Source: the human T2T-CHM13v2.0 reference genome, Homo sapiens
NCBI RefSeq assembly: GCF_009914755.1
Contig: NC_060942.1
Direction: 5' to 3' (one strand)
Length of the DNA: 64,000 bases
The translations under genes and the position numbers were made by a program. A model generated the notes under the pieces. That model saw only the letters and a program-made list of their open reading frames with translations. It was not told the DNA's origin and ran no database searches. Positions 38,797 to 55,715 of the stretch are shown here, one piece after another; the first letter of the stretch is position 1, and the number at the start of each line of letters is the position of its first letter.

Positions 38797-40744
38797 CTGT
38801 AACATCAAACCACTTTCATTAGCATTCAGGGATTGAAAAAACTTCCTAGCTAATAATGACCTACATAAACCCAGGTACTATATATACTCAGTTAATGCCA
38901 TATTTAAAAAGGTTATTCCAGTGTGAGTTTTCACATCAAAAGATGAGCTTTGGAAATATATAACTAGTAAACTATTATTATTAAGAAAAACCACAATCTT
39001 TAGCTGTTGCTTCACACCAGTAGAAAGAAGACTAACATTAATGTGCTTAACCTCGACATATAAGATGTTCAGGTATTCTTGAGTTTGGGCAAGAAAAATT
39101 ACATATTTATTTTCATAAACCTTAACTAAAATTTGGCAAGAACATCTATGAAAACTCAGTAGGAATGGCCAGAGTCTGTGGTGTCTGAAGCAGGACTGCT
39201 CCCTTCCTGTGCCCTCCCATCTAAGCAAGGAGGGTCCACTCCAGACTGCTGCAGCCAAGAATACAGGATCACTCTCCCTGCAACTCCCAGTGGGAGGGTT
39301 TTATTCCCAGAAAGAGCGCCTCTCATCCTACCCCAACTACCTGGTGCTGAAGCTAAGTCCTGAGATAGAGCAGGGAAGAGCCTGGGGAATCCCTCCTGTC
39401 CAGCCCCCACTCCTGGAAAAGAAGTTCCTTCTTATGCGTGGAGGACTGAGAATACTTGGGCCCTGATAAGCCTCACCCCCAACTCATGAGGAAGGTGGCT
39501 CCACAGCAGAAGAGGCAAGCCAAGACAACCTCAGGCTGCTGCACCCCTCCCTTTCTCCAAAAGCTCAGCACCCACAACAGGGTATCACTCAGAGAAAAGC
39601 TTCCCACTATACCCATCTCAGTTCCAGGGTCCTGACTCAAAGATTTGGTCTAAGGAAGTAGCAGGCAGTAAAATAGATATGTCCATGGCAATTCACTATT
39701 ACCACAGTGCATGGCACAAGGCAGGGAGATTCACGCTCTTTCCAAATGTGGTCACAGGTAAGTCCTGAGAGGACCATCCTAGAGAGTGCATAGATGAGGA
39801 AACATCTAAGGAAGAAACCCAGCTAGGAGTTTACTGCAACTCTCCAGGAAAGAAAGGACTAGGGCCTGAACCGAACCAAACCAACAGTAGTAAGGATAGA
39901 GCAATGTCCTTTAAAAACTACATTATATGTAAATAATACCTTAATGTCAAAGACTAAATGTTTAGAAAGAAAAATCAGCAGGAATTGGTTGTGGTTCTGC
40001 TGTGAGGAATAATGAGGGTTCAGGCTTCATAAGCAGGTGGATATCGGAGCTGTTATCTGAGATAGCAGAGAGGGGCACAAACTCCTTTGGAGAAGGATAC
40101 AGAGTTCATTTTTAAGCATGATAACTGTGAGTTATCCATGGGATTTCTAGTAGGCACTTGGAAATGTGATTACAGTATTCTGAGCTACAAATAAAGATTT
40201 AGGCTTTATAACTGACAAATTCTAGCTAAAACCAAGAGAAGAGTATGAGCCACTTAGGTTTATATAAATAATCTACAACGTTTCTCAATCATTTTGCCCC
40301 TCCCTTCTCTACTCTTCTGCACATCTACCATGAGCCAAGATTTCATCAAACTTTATTTTTTGTGGTTTTAGTAAAAATATACATATAATGAATCTATCTG
40401 ATTTTCTATCTTTTCCATCATACCACACTACCCCCCATGATTCTAATGTATCCACCCAAAAGATGGCATGACCCTCGTCCCTCTCCTGGTTAAGAATCAC
40501 AGTACACACAGGAAGGAAGAGAAGTGAGCTAATAGCAAAATGCAGAAATGTCACCAATGTTGAAAAGGATCATGAAAAGAGCAGTAAAATAGTAGATACC
40601 AGGATAGAGAAGTGAGCATGTATTTGGAAAATTTCCCACTTTTTTCTTATGAAAATACTGGCTTGCTGAACAATACCACTCACATCCATTATCTGAATAA
40701 CTCAGTAATTATCCTTAACTAAGACTATCTGCTCTCCAATTTTT

Positions 40745-41063
<319 letters not shown>

Positions 41064-41159
41064 TTGTCTCCAAGTTCTTATAAAAGAATGCAATAACAAA
41101 TTCATTGTAATTTGATATTTGAAAAAGGTTCACCTACAGCATTTCATATCTGAAAAGTT

Positions 41160-41765
41160 TCCCACTTCTTAAGTGTGGGCTGTATGTGATGACTGACTTC
41201 CAAAGAGTACAGTATGAAAAGGAGGGAAAAAAGATTAACTTTACAGAGAAGAAACCTGACAAACAATACCTAAGCCATGTGATAAAGGTCCTATCAACAC
41301 TATCACTCAGGTTGACAGTATTTCCTTTGACATGAGATGAAAATGGCATTCTCCCTCTATGGTCTTCCTCCCTGAAACATATGACTCCACTTTAGCTGTG
41401 AGAAAAACATCAGAAAATCCCAAATGAGGGACGTGACCAGTAGTGCTGAAAACTATCAAGGTCATCAGACAAGGAAAGTCAGAGGAACTGTCACACCCAA
41501 GAGAAGCAGAACAACCAAATCTAATGTGATATTCTGGATGGGATCCTGGAACAGAAAAAAGGACATTAGGTAAAAATTAAGAAAATCTGAATAAAGTGTG
41601 GCCTTTAGTCAATGTGTCAATATTGGTTCACTACTTATGACAAATGTATCATACTAATGTAAGATGTTACAATAGGGGAAACTGGATGTGAAGTGTATGA
41701 GAATTTTCTATACTCTCTTCATAGTTTTTTGGTAAACCTAAAATTATTCTAAAATTAAAACTTTT
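41160..41765 (+). mobile_element. L1MC/MD 3' UTR
   Basis: cccacttcttaagtgtgggctg...ttccaaagagtacagtatg...ggatgggatcctggaacagaaaaaggacattag. Confidence 0.8.
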
Positions 41766-42190
41766 TTTTTTTAAAGAAAGTCTGATGGACAAACTAAACA
41801 TTTTCCCAGATTATCAAAGCTGTTTTGCATAATTCTTAATCTTCACAAAAATGCTAAAACACAGGCATCATTATTCCCGTTCCATAGATAAGAAAACTGA
41901 GGCTTTAAAAACTGAAGATAACACGCTGGTTTCCCTTCAGGTAATATAAATCTTTCAACTTTTACTAAAAAGTGAACATAAACTGCTCAAGGTTCATTAA
42001 CACCAGGCACCATGTAACATAATTGATTTTGATACATCAAAATTGATGAATAAATTAATAGATCTTAGTTATTTCTGGTCAAATGATACGACATTTGCTA
42101 TTCAAAAAGATACAACCAAAAACATTTTGAGATGTTTTCCAGAATAGCAGTTGTATTATCAACACTGTGATGCAACTTGGTTAAAAATAC

Positions 42191-42473
42191 TGGCCAGGCA
42201 CAGTGGATCACACCTATAATCCCAGCATTTTGAGGCCGAAGTGGGTGGAATGCTTTGAGCTCAGGAGTTTGAGACCAGCCTGGGCAATAAGGTGAAACTT
42301 TTTGTCTCTACAAAAAGTACAAAACTTATCCAGACATGGGTGGCATGCACCTGTAGTCCCAGCTACACAGGAGACTAAAGTGGGAGTCACCTGGGCCCAG
42401 GAGGTCGAGGCTGCAATAAGCCATGATTGTGCCACTGTACTCCAGCCTAGGCAATAGAGTGAGACCCTGTCTC

Positions 42474-42499
<26 letters not shown>
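42191..42499 (+). mobile_element. AluJ
   Basis: Full Alu with a long A tail. Confidence 0.9.
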
Positions 42500-42504
<5 letters not shown>

Positions 42505-43571
42505 ATCTGTAATTTAAGATTACAAATAATATATGGCCACTACAGCAAATATATTGAAGTTATTTTAAACTATATAGAATTTTTATGATATTAAGCCCAA
42601 TATGAACAAAATTCCCTTAAAGCCAAATACAGTACAAATTCCTATTTAGAATATTTTGTTCAAGTTTTTCCTCCTTTACCTGTCCAGGATACCAATTTCT
42701 TTCCATACTTCCAAGTGCCAGCTGAAATCCCAAACTATATTGAACATTCCCCAATGACTTTTCTCATATCTCAACTTTCACTACTATTTTCGGACCATGT
42801 AACAATGTATTGCTTTAACATCCTATTGACCATTCACATATCACATATATAGAATACACTTTTTAAAAAAACTGATGAATGAAATGTCAAAAAAGAGGGA
42901 AAAAAATTCTATCATTTGAATGGTTAAACCTTTCACACATGTGTATATACATATGTATCTCTTAAGAAATGCAACATTCATAAGCAAAACATTCAACACC
43001 CAACATTCATAAGCAATTTCTTTATATTGATTTAGCTACACGCTTTTAAAAATTATTTTTGGAAAGCAGAGAATGTAAATAAAATGAATGTAACTGAGTA
43101 TCTATTCTACTACAAATAAGATCAGCAAAGAAAACCAACTTTGCACCTTTTTCCTCTACTACAAATTTTGCTCTTCTTTCCATCTTACCCATCTTTAGTC
43201 AAAAGCTACTTAAAGTTTTTAAATTGGGGCACAACATAAAACTCATAACTATTAAGTAGATACTTCAGTTAGTATGTATGTGTACCCATCCGTGTAACCA
43301 ACACCTAGATCAAGATATAGGCTTTTTCAGAACCCCAGAAATTTTCCTCATACCACCTCTCCCAATTTTTAATCACTATTTTCCAAACTTCAATTAGTTA
43401 ACTACCATCCTTCATAACGTTCTTTACCATGACTCCCTTACACTGTTATTTACATAATATTTAAATCAACTCATTTTTTAACATCTTCATTCTAAGAAAT
43501 AATATCCATGCAATCACAGGTTGGTTGTGCTCATTTTCGTTTTGATTCACACATCAAAATAAACGTAACTA

Positions 43572-43970
<399 letters not shown>

Positions 43971-46900
43971 TTACTTCTTCTCCTCCGTTTTCCTCATTCA
44001 ACAAGGCCCACCTTTCTGTCCTTAATTTACCCTTTACTTGCCACAAGTATCACCACTACCACCCTAAAGCTTGTTATCACCTCAGTCATGAGCAACCCTC
44101 ATGTCAGTTTCTGCAGTTCCAGCTTCATACCAAGGCTCAATTCCACTGATCATATCCAAGCCCCTCCAGTCTTCCAAAATTTTGCCCATCTGTCATAATC
44201 CAGGCAAATTTTCACTTTGCCTAAAACTCTTCCCCTGTTCTTAGCATCCTTACTCTAGGCTCCTAGCTGAAACTATCTCTGCGCTGTTTGGTTGTAATCC
44301 ATGTTAAGTCTGTCTTGTCTTTCCAAGGGCAGAAGCCTTCTTTACACTGCTATAATACTTCAACACTAGTGAACTAGGAGGTGTGACTTGCCTTGTGTGC
44401 ACTGCAAGTGGGCTACAGCTTCTTGAAATCTGAACCACCATTACAGATTTCTTTACAGCTAATACTAAGTATATATTGAGGATCCAAATTTTATATATTT
44501 TTCAAGTCCTACATTAAGACCAAACACTGCAATAGAATCTTTTCTGACTCTGGCCTCAAGCTAACTTCCTATGATATACTACTATACAAGTTATTTCTGA
44601 ATTACTACTGGATTGTTTTCTAATTTCATACCCATAATTAGAAAACACACTTTCTATATATCTACATTACTTGCAGTGTCCAGCAGGGGACTGAGTATTA
44701 ACAGTACGCCCCAGTCAACACTCCATGAAGTCAGATCTGGATGGAGTACTGTTTCCTCAATCTACTTCCTATGTAAACCTGGACAAGGGCTCCTGAAGGT
44801 TATCTAATTAAGTCTCAGATGCCTCCTTCATAAAATAAGGGTACTATTTTACAGTGCTGTGTGGCCAAATTATGTGGAAGTTTTCAAATTAGGAAGTGCT
44901 ATATAATTGTGGTTATCATTCTGAGATGATATCAGAATCACCTTGCAGTAAGAACATCTAAGAGAATAAATTTCCTGAAATTTGGAATTCTTGTTCATTT
45001 TAGGGCTGACCCTGTTATGTTCTAAAATTCTAGTTGCTTTAAATACATAATATTTCTGAAATTAAAATATTTACATGGCTGCCTTTTTCTTGCAGATGCT
45101 GCTAATAATTCATTTTATCTTTCCTACATAATTGTGACAAAAAAAAAAGAGAGAATTTCAACCACATCCATATGGGGATCTTTAGTGGTCAATTAAAGGC
45201 TTTGGTCAATTCTAAGCATCATACTTACTGTATTGCAGACCTATGGCTTCCTACCCATTTCTTGATAAAAACAGCAGAATTTGTAGAGAAAAAAGGTGCA
45301 AAGTTTGTTTTCTCTGGTGACCTCATTTATCTGTAGTATAATGTCCTTTGCCTCTTTTAAGAAGTTAACATACAAGTATTTCTTAAGCCACTGCCTTCAA
45401 TAGAACTATTAAGAAGCTTCAGTTCTCATTATTAGGATCCATCACCATTTACTTTTACTTCATTTTTCATGTCCTGGAATTGGGCCCTTTTCTAGATTAG
45501 AGGAAAAAATTAACTGAAGTATTAATCAAGATATAACACACACACACCCATTTTCTTTTTTTAATAAGGCCAAGACATTCCATGATGTCAGGGCGTTTCT
45601 GAGACTGCAGATTAGTCAAGTCTGTTACCATCCCCAGGGGACAGACTGCAAAGGAAATAAAGATCTCAGTGGTTTGCCCTCACCTTCTGGGAAACAAATG
45701 CTCAAATTTGGCTTGGTATCTAATCCTGGAATTGACAATTTTAAAAATATAAACTCCAATATAGCCAATCCTTTCTCATTTCTTTTCACAGGTTATCCTA
45801 TACATCTCAGATGGAGCTGTCATTTTTTCCCCCTTGACTGCAGAAGTTTTACCTTTTGGTGGGAATTACTTTAATGTAAGTAAGTATCATCTAACGAACT
45901 GTCTCACTTCCTTTAGTTCCTTCTCTTAAGAAATCCACTATTGCAGAGTTTCATTAATCTTCCAGATTGTTAACAACATGTGGAAAAAGATATTTTATCA
46001 AGTTTTCTGCAAGGAACCCAATGCCTGTCAACTAGGTTTTGAAAAACCGGTAATGTTAAATTATTAGGGTAGATGTTACAAAGAAACTTTATGTATTCCA
46101 AGATTTCATTATACCACACTGTGACCCTAACCAAATAGCTACTACACTTCTCATCTGCTTACTATATGCCAAACATTGTTCCAAGTGCTCCATTTAATCT
46201 TCACTGGTAGAGATTATTACTAACCATGTATTATAGATGATGAAACTAAACCACATTTAACCATTAAGAAACTTCACCCAAAGTCAACAGACAGGGGCAA
46301 AAGGGGGCTCCAACTTAAGATAATCTGTCTTCAGAGTCCTCATGCTTTACCATTATGCTAACCTCCCTCTCATATCCTGGAATTATTTTGGGGGTGGGTA
46401 TTCTGAAGATGTTATCCAAATGAAAGTTCAACTAAGGGTTCAGAACAGTGACAGGACAACTAGTTATGTTCCTAAAACTCAAAATCCAATAAGGAAACAC
46501 TGACTTGTATCAGGTAGTCTACTTCTGTCCTTAAAACATCTCTGGCATTCCTACTAGTGAAGCAGAGTTGTCATTTTCCCATGAATAACAGCATATAGGC
46601 CCCGTGATAAATTTTCTTAAACAAGAGTAATAGCAGCAACATAAACATACTAGGGAAAAGGCAGAAACAGGCTAGTTCAACCAGAAAAGGTGCCCAATGC
46701 CAGGAAAGCTGAACCTCCTAATAATGATGTTTTGACCTTGAGGGTGGAAGGATGGAGCAGAGAGAGTAAGCCAGGAGCTGATAAGCAGCATTTAACTTTG
46801 GTTATTTCTGTTTTTGAAATTTCAAATCAAGCAGAGAGAAGGAATTTAAAGAAATGACCCTCCATAATCAGTCTTTCCACATGTACTCAAATTCAAATGA

Positions 46901-47359
46901 GGAAGTTAATACTGTTACCTTTATCTTCTAACATTTTAGCCTCACTCACTTAGTACATATATTATCCAGTTAATAAAGAATCCCATTTCTCATTTGTCAT
47001 AAATGTCATCTAATCTGGTGTTTCCCAAATTGGGTGTTCCATGAAACATCATTCCATAAGGTTTTCACAAGCAGGCCAAAAGTCAGAGATTCTGGGCTTA
47101 TGTTTGTAAGCAAAAATAGGGTTCTTTGCTACAGGCCTGCTCAGATCCTCCATATCTGAGCAGAGTGAAGTTCCAAAAGTACAATCTGGTTTGCGACATT
47201 CCTCAAAATCACTGAAATACATTTTTGCTGAACACATACTACCATCTTCCAGAGCTAACAGCTTATGTACCGAATATAGTTAGGCAAACATTGAACCCAA
47301 CATTTCTCGTCCTTGTTATTCGACCTCTTTTTGACCACCTCCAGCACTAGCAAACTCAC

Positions 47360-48390
47360 TAGTTTGTCTTTCACTTTTGAAGAATAATTTCATTGGATAT
47401 ATAATTCTAAGTTGGTGGGTTTTTTCTTTCAACACTTATCTTCTTGCTTGCATGGTTCTGCTGAGAAGTCCATAATTTATCTTTGTTACGCTACAGGTAA
47501 GGTAAGGTGATTCCCCCTCTGGCTTCTTTCAAGGTTTTACTTTGATTTTCTGTACTTTGAATATGGCATGCCTAAGTAGAGATTGTAGGCATTTTGGTAT
47601 CCTGCTTGGTGTTCTCTTGAGTTTCCTGGATCAGTGGTTGGGTGTCTGTCACTAATTTTTAAAATTCTTGGCTATTTTTACCTCAAATATTTATTTGGCT
47701 TCATTCTCTTGCTTTCCAGTATTCCAAGCCCATGTACATTATACCTTTCCAAATGGTACCAAAATTCTTGGCTGTTCTATTTGTGGGGACTTCTTTTCCA
47801 TTCTGTTTTCACTTTGCATTTCAGTTTGGGAAGTTTCTATAGACCTAGTCTTCAAGTTCACCACTTCCTTCCTTGGCAGTGCCCAGTCTGCTGAACTGCC
47901 CATCAAACACATTCTTATTATTTTTTTTACAGTCTCACTCTGTCACCCAGGCTGGAGTGCAGTGGCACAATCACAGCACATTGCAGCCTTAACCTCTTGG
48001 GCTCAAGTGATCCTCCCACCTAAGCCTCCCAGTGTCGGTAATTTTTTTTCCCCTAGCATTTGCTTTGGATTTTTTCTGGGCATTTCCACCTCTCTACTTA
48101 TATTACCCATCTGTTCTTGCATTGTACCTACTTTTTCTGTTAGACCCCTTAACATTTCAATTATTTTAAATTCTTAGTCTCATCACTTCAAAATTTGTGC
48201 CATATGTAAGTCTGGTTCTGACACTTGCTTTCTCTCTTCAGGCTGTTTCTTGACTTTTAGCAGGCCTTGTAATTTCTTATTGAAACCCAAACATCAGGTA
48301 ATAGTGAGGTAAACAAGTCAATAGTTTAAGGTGTTATTAATCTAGTTAGGCGTTAGACTGTGTATAAGATCTGCTATAGAGGTAGATGCC
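47360..48390 (-). mobile_element. Old L1 fragment (antisense) with a partial Alu at ~47925-48030
   Basis: ttttgaagaataatttcattggatatataattctaagttg; T-rich L1 ORF1-region motifs. Confidence 0.7.
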
Positions 48391-49274
48391 AGAGACTGAC
48401 TCACTCTTTATTAAATAGCCCTTACACATTAGGAAGTTTTAAATGGCAGAGTGGTCTTGTCACCTGTAACACATCCAATGGTCCTAGTTCTGCTCTCAGA
48501 AGTAAACCCAAATCCTCTTTTCTAATAGCTTTCAAAGGTTCTGAAGATAGGTATTCACATAATTTATATCCCTCCCCAGCTCTGATCTCCCCAGTTCCCT
48601 CAACTGTTCTCCAAGGAATGTTAGTTCCATTTCCCTTTGTTCTTGTCTCTGCCTCTGGATACACTGTGGCAAGTTAATTCATTTTGGTAATATGGAATCC
48701 AGAGTTGAAGACAGAAATCCCGCTGTGGTTTAACCAGCATCTGATGAAACAGAACTTATCTTCCACATTCTGATCACTTGGTTTATTAGTGTAGTTTAAC
48801 ACTAAACTAGCTGTGTCACCATGCTAATAGCTATACTTGTTCAGTGCTTTCTCCCATTAAATAATGCCAAGCCAGGTCCAGACAATACTGATGCAATTAA
48901 CTTTGGAAAATCAAAATAAGGGAATTTATACTAGAAATGTTTAGGCAAAGAAAGGTATAAAGAAATAAATGCAGTGTTTCACAGTGATCTCCATTCAATT
49001 TGCACTGGTTACAGACCAACGGTCTGACCTGTCAAGTATATTACTCGACAGAAAATGCACCTTAACCATGGTTTAAGTGAGTTAGCTACTGATGGGTGAG
49101 TTTCAGAAGCAGAAGTTCTAAGTAAATTCGTGTGCATATGTGCATTTTTCAAAGCTGTTGGCAACTCAAAAAAATTTAAAACTTCCATATTCTGCTCTTT
49201 GATATAATTAAGAGGTTCGTATTTTAGTTAAACTTCTTCAATGCAATGATATCAAAATTATCAATAAAGTCTAA

Positions 49275-49625
<351 letters not shown>

Positions 49626-49754
49626 CAAATTCTAGCTCTAACATGAATCTTACTTCAAAAGCTAGGAGGGGTTAAATACATTTATATGATATTGTTACCA
49701 ATGATAGCACTCCACCAATAAATTACAATGGCACACTGACAGACTTCCAATCTT

Positions 49755-50048
49755 ATTTTCTTTTTTCCAAGATGGGGTCTCACTCTGTCACCCTGGCTGA
49801 AATGCAGTGGTGCAGTATCAGCTTACTACAACCTCTGCCTCCTGCGCTCAAATGATCCTCCCACCTCTGCCTCCCGAGTAGCTAGGACTACAGGCGCACA
49901 CCACCACACCCAACTAATTTTTGTATTTCTTGTAGAGACAAGGTCTTGCTATGTTGCCCAGGCTGGTTTTGAACTCCTGGTCTCAAGCAATCCTCCCACC
50001 TCGGCTTCCCAAAGTGCTGGGATTACAGGCATGAGCCGGCGCCCAGCC
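49755..50048 (-). mobile_element. AluJ
   Basis: Reverse-complement Alu. Confidence 0.88.
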
Positions 50049-50197
50049 TCAGTATTCTTTTCGGTAACCCACTGCTCCATTTGTTATGTAGGCCTAGTTC
50101 TTTCAATAGGTCCAACAAGTATAACTTATTTAACCCCATGTAGATAAACAGACCTTAAAAAAAAAGTTCCACTCTTATTTGAAATGAAAGAAAAGAG

Positions 50198-50430
<233 letters not shown>

Positions 50431-50515
50431 AATAGAAGACAATATAAATCTGGCTACCTATGTTAAGTTGAAGAAACTCACTTTCACAGAGACTTTTTAA
50501 AAAATACAACTGCAT

Positions 50516-50883
<368 letters not shown>

Positions 50884-51677
50884 TTAATAATGGTTTTCAC
50901 TGATTGCTGTAAATTTGTGGGCAGTTTTTCTATTTTTCAGTATTTTCCAAATTTTCTCTAATAATTATGTATTGGTTTTATGATGGGAAAATTCTTAGGA
51001 AAAAGAGGCAAGGAAAGAAAATTTTAAACTCTGTATATCACTTTTATAAGCTGAATTAAAGTACCCAGAAGTATCCAACTATGAGACAGAAATACGGAAA
51101 AAGTTAAAGGCACTGAATTTTAGAGCTAGGTCTTATAAATCATTAAGTTTGAAATCCACAGCATGAAAATGAAAAATGGCCTTGATAGTATACAATTTAT
51201 TCAAGTTCATAGAGTAACTTCTAGAACCCGTAACTCCCAATTACCAGTTCATGATTTTACTCCATATATCACTCACTGGAGACTAACCAAGATAGACATC
51301 CAAGCAGGAATTAACTTTGTACACACAGCATGGCTACACCTGTGTTTTTTTCTTTTTTTTACAACTATGTTTACGATGACATTTTTAATCTATGATTTTT
51401 TTTAAAGACTAAAGGAAATACATCAAAATGTGAGGAGCTGTTTAAATGGTTTTAATGTATTTTTTCAAATTTCCCTTAAAGACAGTATGTTAACACTTCT
51501 GTGCCTCACTGTTCTCATTTATAAAATAGGTAAGAATAGCATCTACCTATGACAATCACAGAATTAATGAAAATAGAAGAAGTACTTAGAACAGTGTCTT
51601 GGCACAGAGCTAATGCTAAATAAGTATTATGTTATGATTAAATTTTAGAGTATCATCTCACATACAATGGAGTTTAA

Positions 51678-51992
<315 letters not shown>

Positions 51993-53153
51993 TAGCAAGG
52001 TTTCAGTTAGGTATAGAGAGTGGTAGTTTTTCACCCCCGCAGTGTATAGAAATGTTTTATGTAGTACTGGAAAATTTAATTTGAGAGGCCTAAGAATTCT
52101 GAGAATCTTGAAACTAATAAGCTATTGGAGGCTTCAAGGGCAGCATCACCTGATAAAAAGGGAGTCCCCCATCCCCCAGCCCAATTATGACTATAAATCC
52201 TCAAATGGAGGGAAATGGTGCTGGATGATTAGCCAGAAAGGGGTAACAATGCCGGAATACAGACAGAATAAAATCTAGCAGGCTAAGCCCAACCTAACAA
52301 TCCTAGAACCTGACAATCCTAGAACTCCTAGCTCACTAGCAGTAGACAACTAGATGCTCCCCTCCTTCCCACAGATGATACATTCTAAGACAGAGAGTCG
52401 AGGAAAAAGAGTCATCTGGCCTATATGACACCTGCTTCTGGATGGGGACACAACATTCTGGCAGGCATGAATAAAGCTGTATTATGTGTTCCTGTCTTCT
52501 TTACTCTTCCTAGTTTTTCTTCTGTCTTTTTTTTCTTTTCTTTACTTTCAGATTTTGTTCCCTTGCCACCCTGTGTTTTACTCTCAAAGGAAACTCTTAA
52601 CACTTTCATCATTTACAAGTGTACTGTGAAACTTCCAGTAGTTCTGAATTATCTACAAGGGATCTCCAACTTTCACACAAAGTCCACTTTATTACACAAT
52701 ACACTGTTAATCCTGAATGGCTTTTTTGAAGCAAAATTCAGGCTTTCACATATCAACTAGCAAGCAGGTCAGAACTATCCCATGATGGCGTTACAGTCAG
52801 AATTTCAGTTTTGTACAACGGGGTCTGTAATGTGGATGATACTTGTGACAAGAAACAAGGATAGATATCAGACATGCTAAGTGGCAAATATTCAGGTGGC
52901 TCACGGTATGTTCAATACTAAAGGAAAAGAAGAGAATTTTCTGATTCAGAATTGGAATTTAGCATCAAGATTCCAGTGATCGGAATGCAGGGATTCAGAG
53001 AAGGACACTGCTTCTTTACATCTCACAAAAAAGCAAAAGAATATAACTGTTACACATTTTTGCTTGACAGATTTAAGGGAAGTTGATAAAAATGAGATCA
53101 CCACCAAAATCAACATCATAATTTCCAGATCGATCTACTAAAAACTAAATTCT

Positions 53154-53454
<301 letters not shown>

Positions 53455-53789
53455 CTAAATTTGCCAGGAGCCATGACTCATGCTTATAGTCTCAGCCAGG
53501 AGGCTGAGACACAACTGCTTATGTCCAAAGAGTTTGAGACCAGCCTGGGAAATATAGAAAGACTATCTCTAGAAAAATACAAATCAAAACAAAAAATAAC
53601 CTAAACTTCCCAACTTGATGACCAGTTCCTCTTAACTACTAAAGTTACTTATTCCTATTTAGCTGGGAGAGGCTACATTTTTAAAAGGCATTGTCTGTAT
53701 TTTAATAATTTACCTAAGATCTTACTAATTTTAAACTATTCCTTGGGTGCTTAAAAAGCATCAATAACTGTAATTTAAAAAATTGTAAT

Positions 53790-54065
53790 TAGACTGTGTG
53801 CAGTAGCTTATACCTGTAACCCTAGCACTTTGGGAGGCCAAGGTGAGAGGATCACTTGTGCCCAGGAGTCCAAGACCAGCCTGGGCAACACAACAAGATC
53901 TCCTCTACAGAAAGCACAAAAATTAGCCAGGCATGGTAGCATGCATCTGTAGTCCCAGTTATTCAGGAGGCTGAGTAGTGAGGATCACTTGAACTTAGGA
54001 TGTCAAGGCTGCAGTGAGCCATGATTGCACCATCGCACTCTAGCCTGGGCGACACAGCAAGACCT

Positions 54066-54120
<55 letters not shown>
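53790..54120 (+). mobile_element. AluJ with a (TG)n(TA)n microsatellite tail
   Basis: Alu body followed by TG and TA dinucleotide runs at 54066-54120. Confidence 0.9.
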
Positions 54121-54122
<2 letters not shown>

Positions 54123-55214
54123 TTAAAAATCTCTCTAGGAAAAAAATAACTGCCCCTCATGGTATATCAATTTTGATATACTGAAATTCTGTATGTTTTT
54201 ATACCCATTTGATGCTGAAATTTTGTATGACATTTTCATATATATTTAGGAATGCATTATGTGCAATGGTAGAGCACCACTTACTACATCAAGTTTAAAC
54301 CACATCAGCACAATTTCAGTTTTCCAAAATCTCACAAAATATCTCACTTGTTCCACTCTCCTCTCATTTCACAGCCATTATGGTTTTGACTCTGTTACTT
54401 ATGTTGTTTCCCTGCTTACCTGCCTAGAATTCCCAAACATTACTTTGCTGATAAGAAGTGAAGATACTCTCAGCACACGGCTGTAAGGACACCCTGTTTT
54501 CTGATGGACACTAACTGGGTATGGGAGTAGGGAGAGGAAACTCTAGATATTCAGGCATTTTCAGCAGTTATTTCACATTACTATAATTTTTTTTTTGTAT
54601 TAACTATTTCCTAGGGGAAGTTCTTCCCTTTGAGCTTTCTTTCTTATGTATTGTCTTTCCAAAAATGCTTAGTGGTTCAACCACCTTTACTTAAAGTACA
54701 GACTGTATGAATAACCTACTTGGGCCGTCAGTAGGATGGAAAAGATTCAACATGGATTATCCCAGCAACTGGTTTTCCATATTGATTATCTCAATCACTC
54801 CTGGCCCTCATCAGCCTGGAGAAGATACTGCCCTTTTCCCCCGTTCCAAGCTCCAACACAGGCAGACTCCTCACATTGCTACCTGGCCCAAGAAAGGAGG
54901 ATATGGAGGGGTTTACCCGCCATTCCACTGCAATGGAGTCACTGTGTGTTGTTCCAACCTCCTGCTTCTAGGTGTCTCACTTCTGACATGGAACGTTTGT
55001 GTGAATGCTTCCACCTTTACAACAGTACATGCTAGGATGTGAAATCTTTAACTCAATCCTGTCACTGTTCCATCTTCTGTGAATACTGCCTATTCTGGGG
55101 CACCCACAGCATTTCTTCTCTTATTAGGGCAGAGATATTACATATACAATTTCTTCATTTCCTATGTCTCTATTTACTTCATCAATACTTATCTTTTTGG
55201 CAATCTTTATCAAC

Positions 55215-55412
55215 CATTATGAATAGAACTTACTGTGACAATGGAAATGTTCTTTATCTGCATTACCCAACATGGTAGCTAACAGCCACACGTGGCTAGT
55301 GAGCACTTCAAATGTGCCTACTGCTACTGAGAAACTGGATTTTAATTCTTATTTAATTTTGATTAAGTTAAACAGCACATGTGGCTGGTGGCTGCCTAGT
55401 GAACAGTGCAGC
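55215..55412. mobile_element. MER3 (hAT-Charlie)
   Basis: aatagaacttactgtgacaatggaaatgttct...gccacacgtggctagtgagcactt. Confidence 0.8.
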
Positions 55413-55715
55413 TCTGTAACTCCACAGTGCACCCTCTCAACCCCTGCATTTCATCTGTCTCTCCCCCATTTCATTCCCGTCTCCATTTCATTTCTCTCCC
55501 TTCATTATATCTATCTTTGCCATCAACAGACATGTAATGTAGTATGTAAGATATATTTACATACATCTTTGTAATATATGAATTTTGTATACTATATAAT
55601 ATGGTATGATATGTTAGTTATTTAATATAAGGACAGAATATACTGTTTTATGTAATTCTTTATTATATTCTAACATATATTCTCTTTTCTATAAATTCTA
55701 GGAAAAGCTGAAGAT

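Noticed and set aside
54162-54181. Perfect 9-bp hairpin gtatatcaa-tt-ttgatatac (also an 8-bp one at 42026-42043)
   Set aside because: Short AT-rich palindromes are expected by chance in 64 kb
54880-54915. LAQERRIWR resembles the UBE2I N-terminus (LAQERKAWR)
   Set aside because: Similarity does not extend on either side; treated as chance
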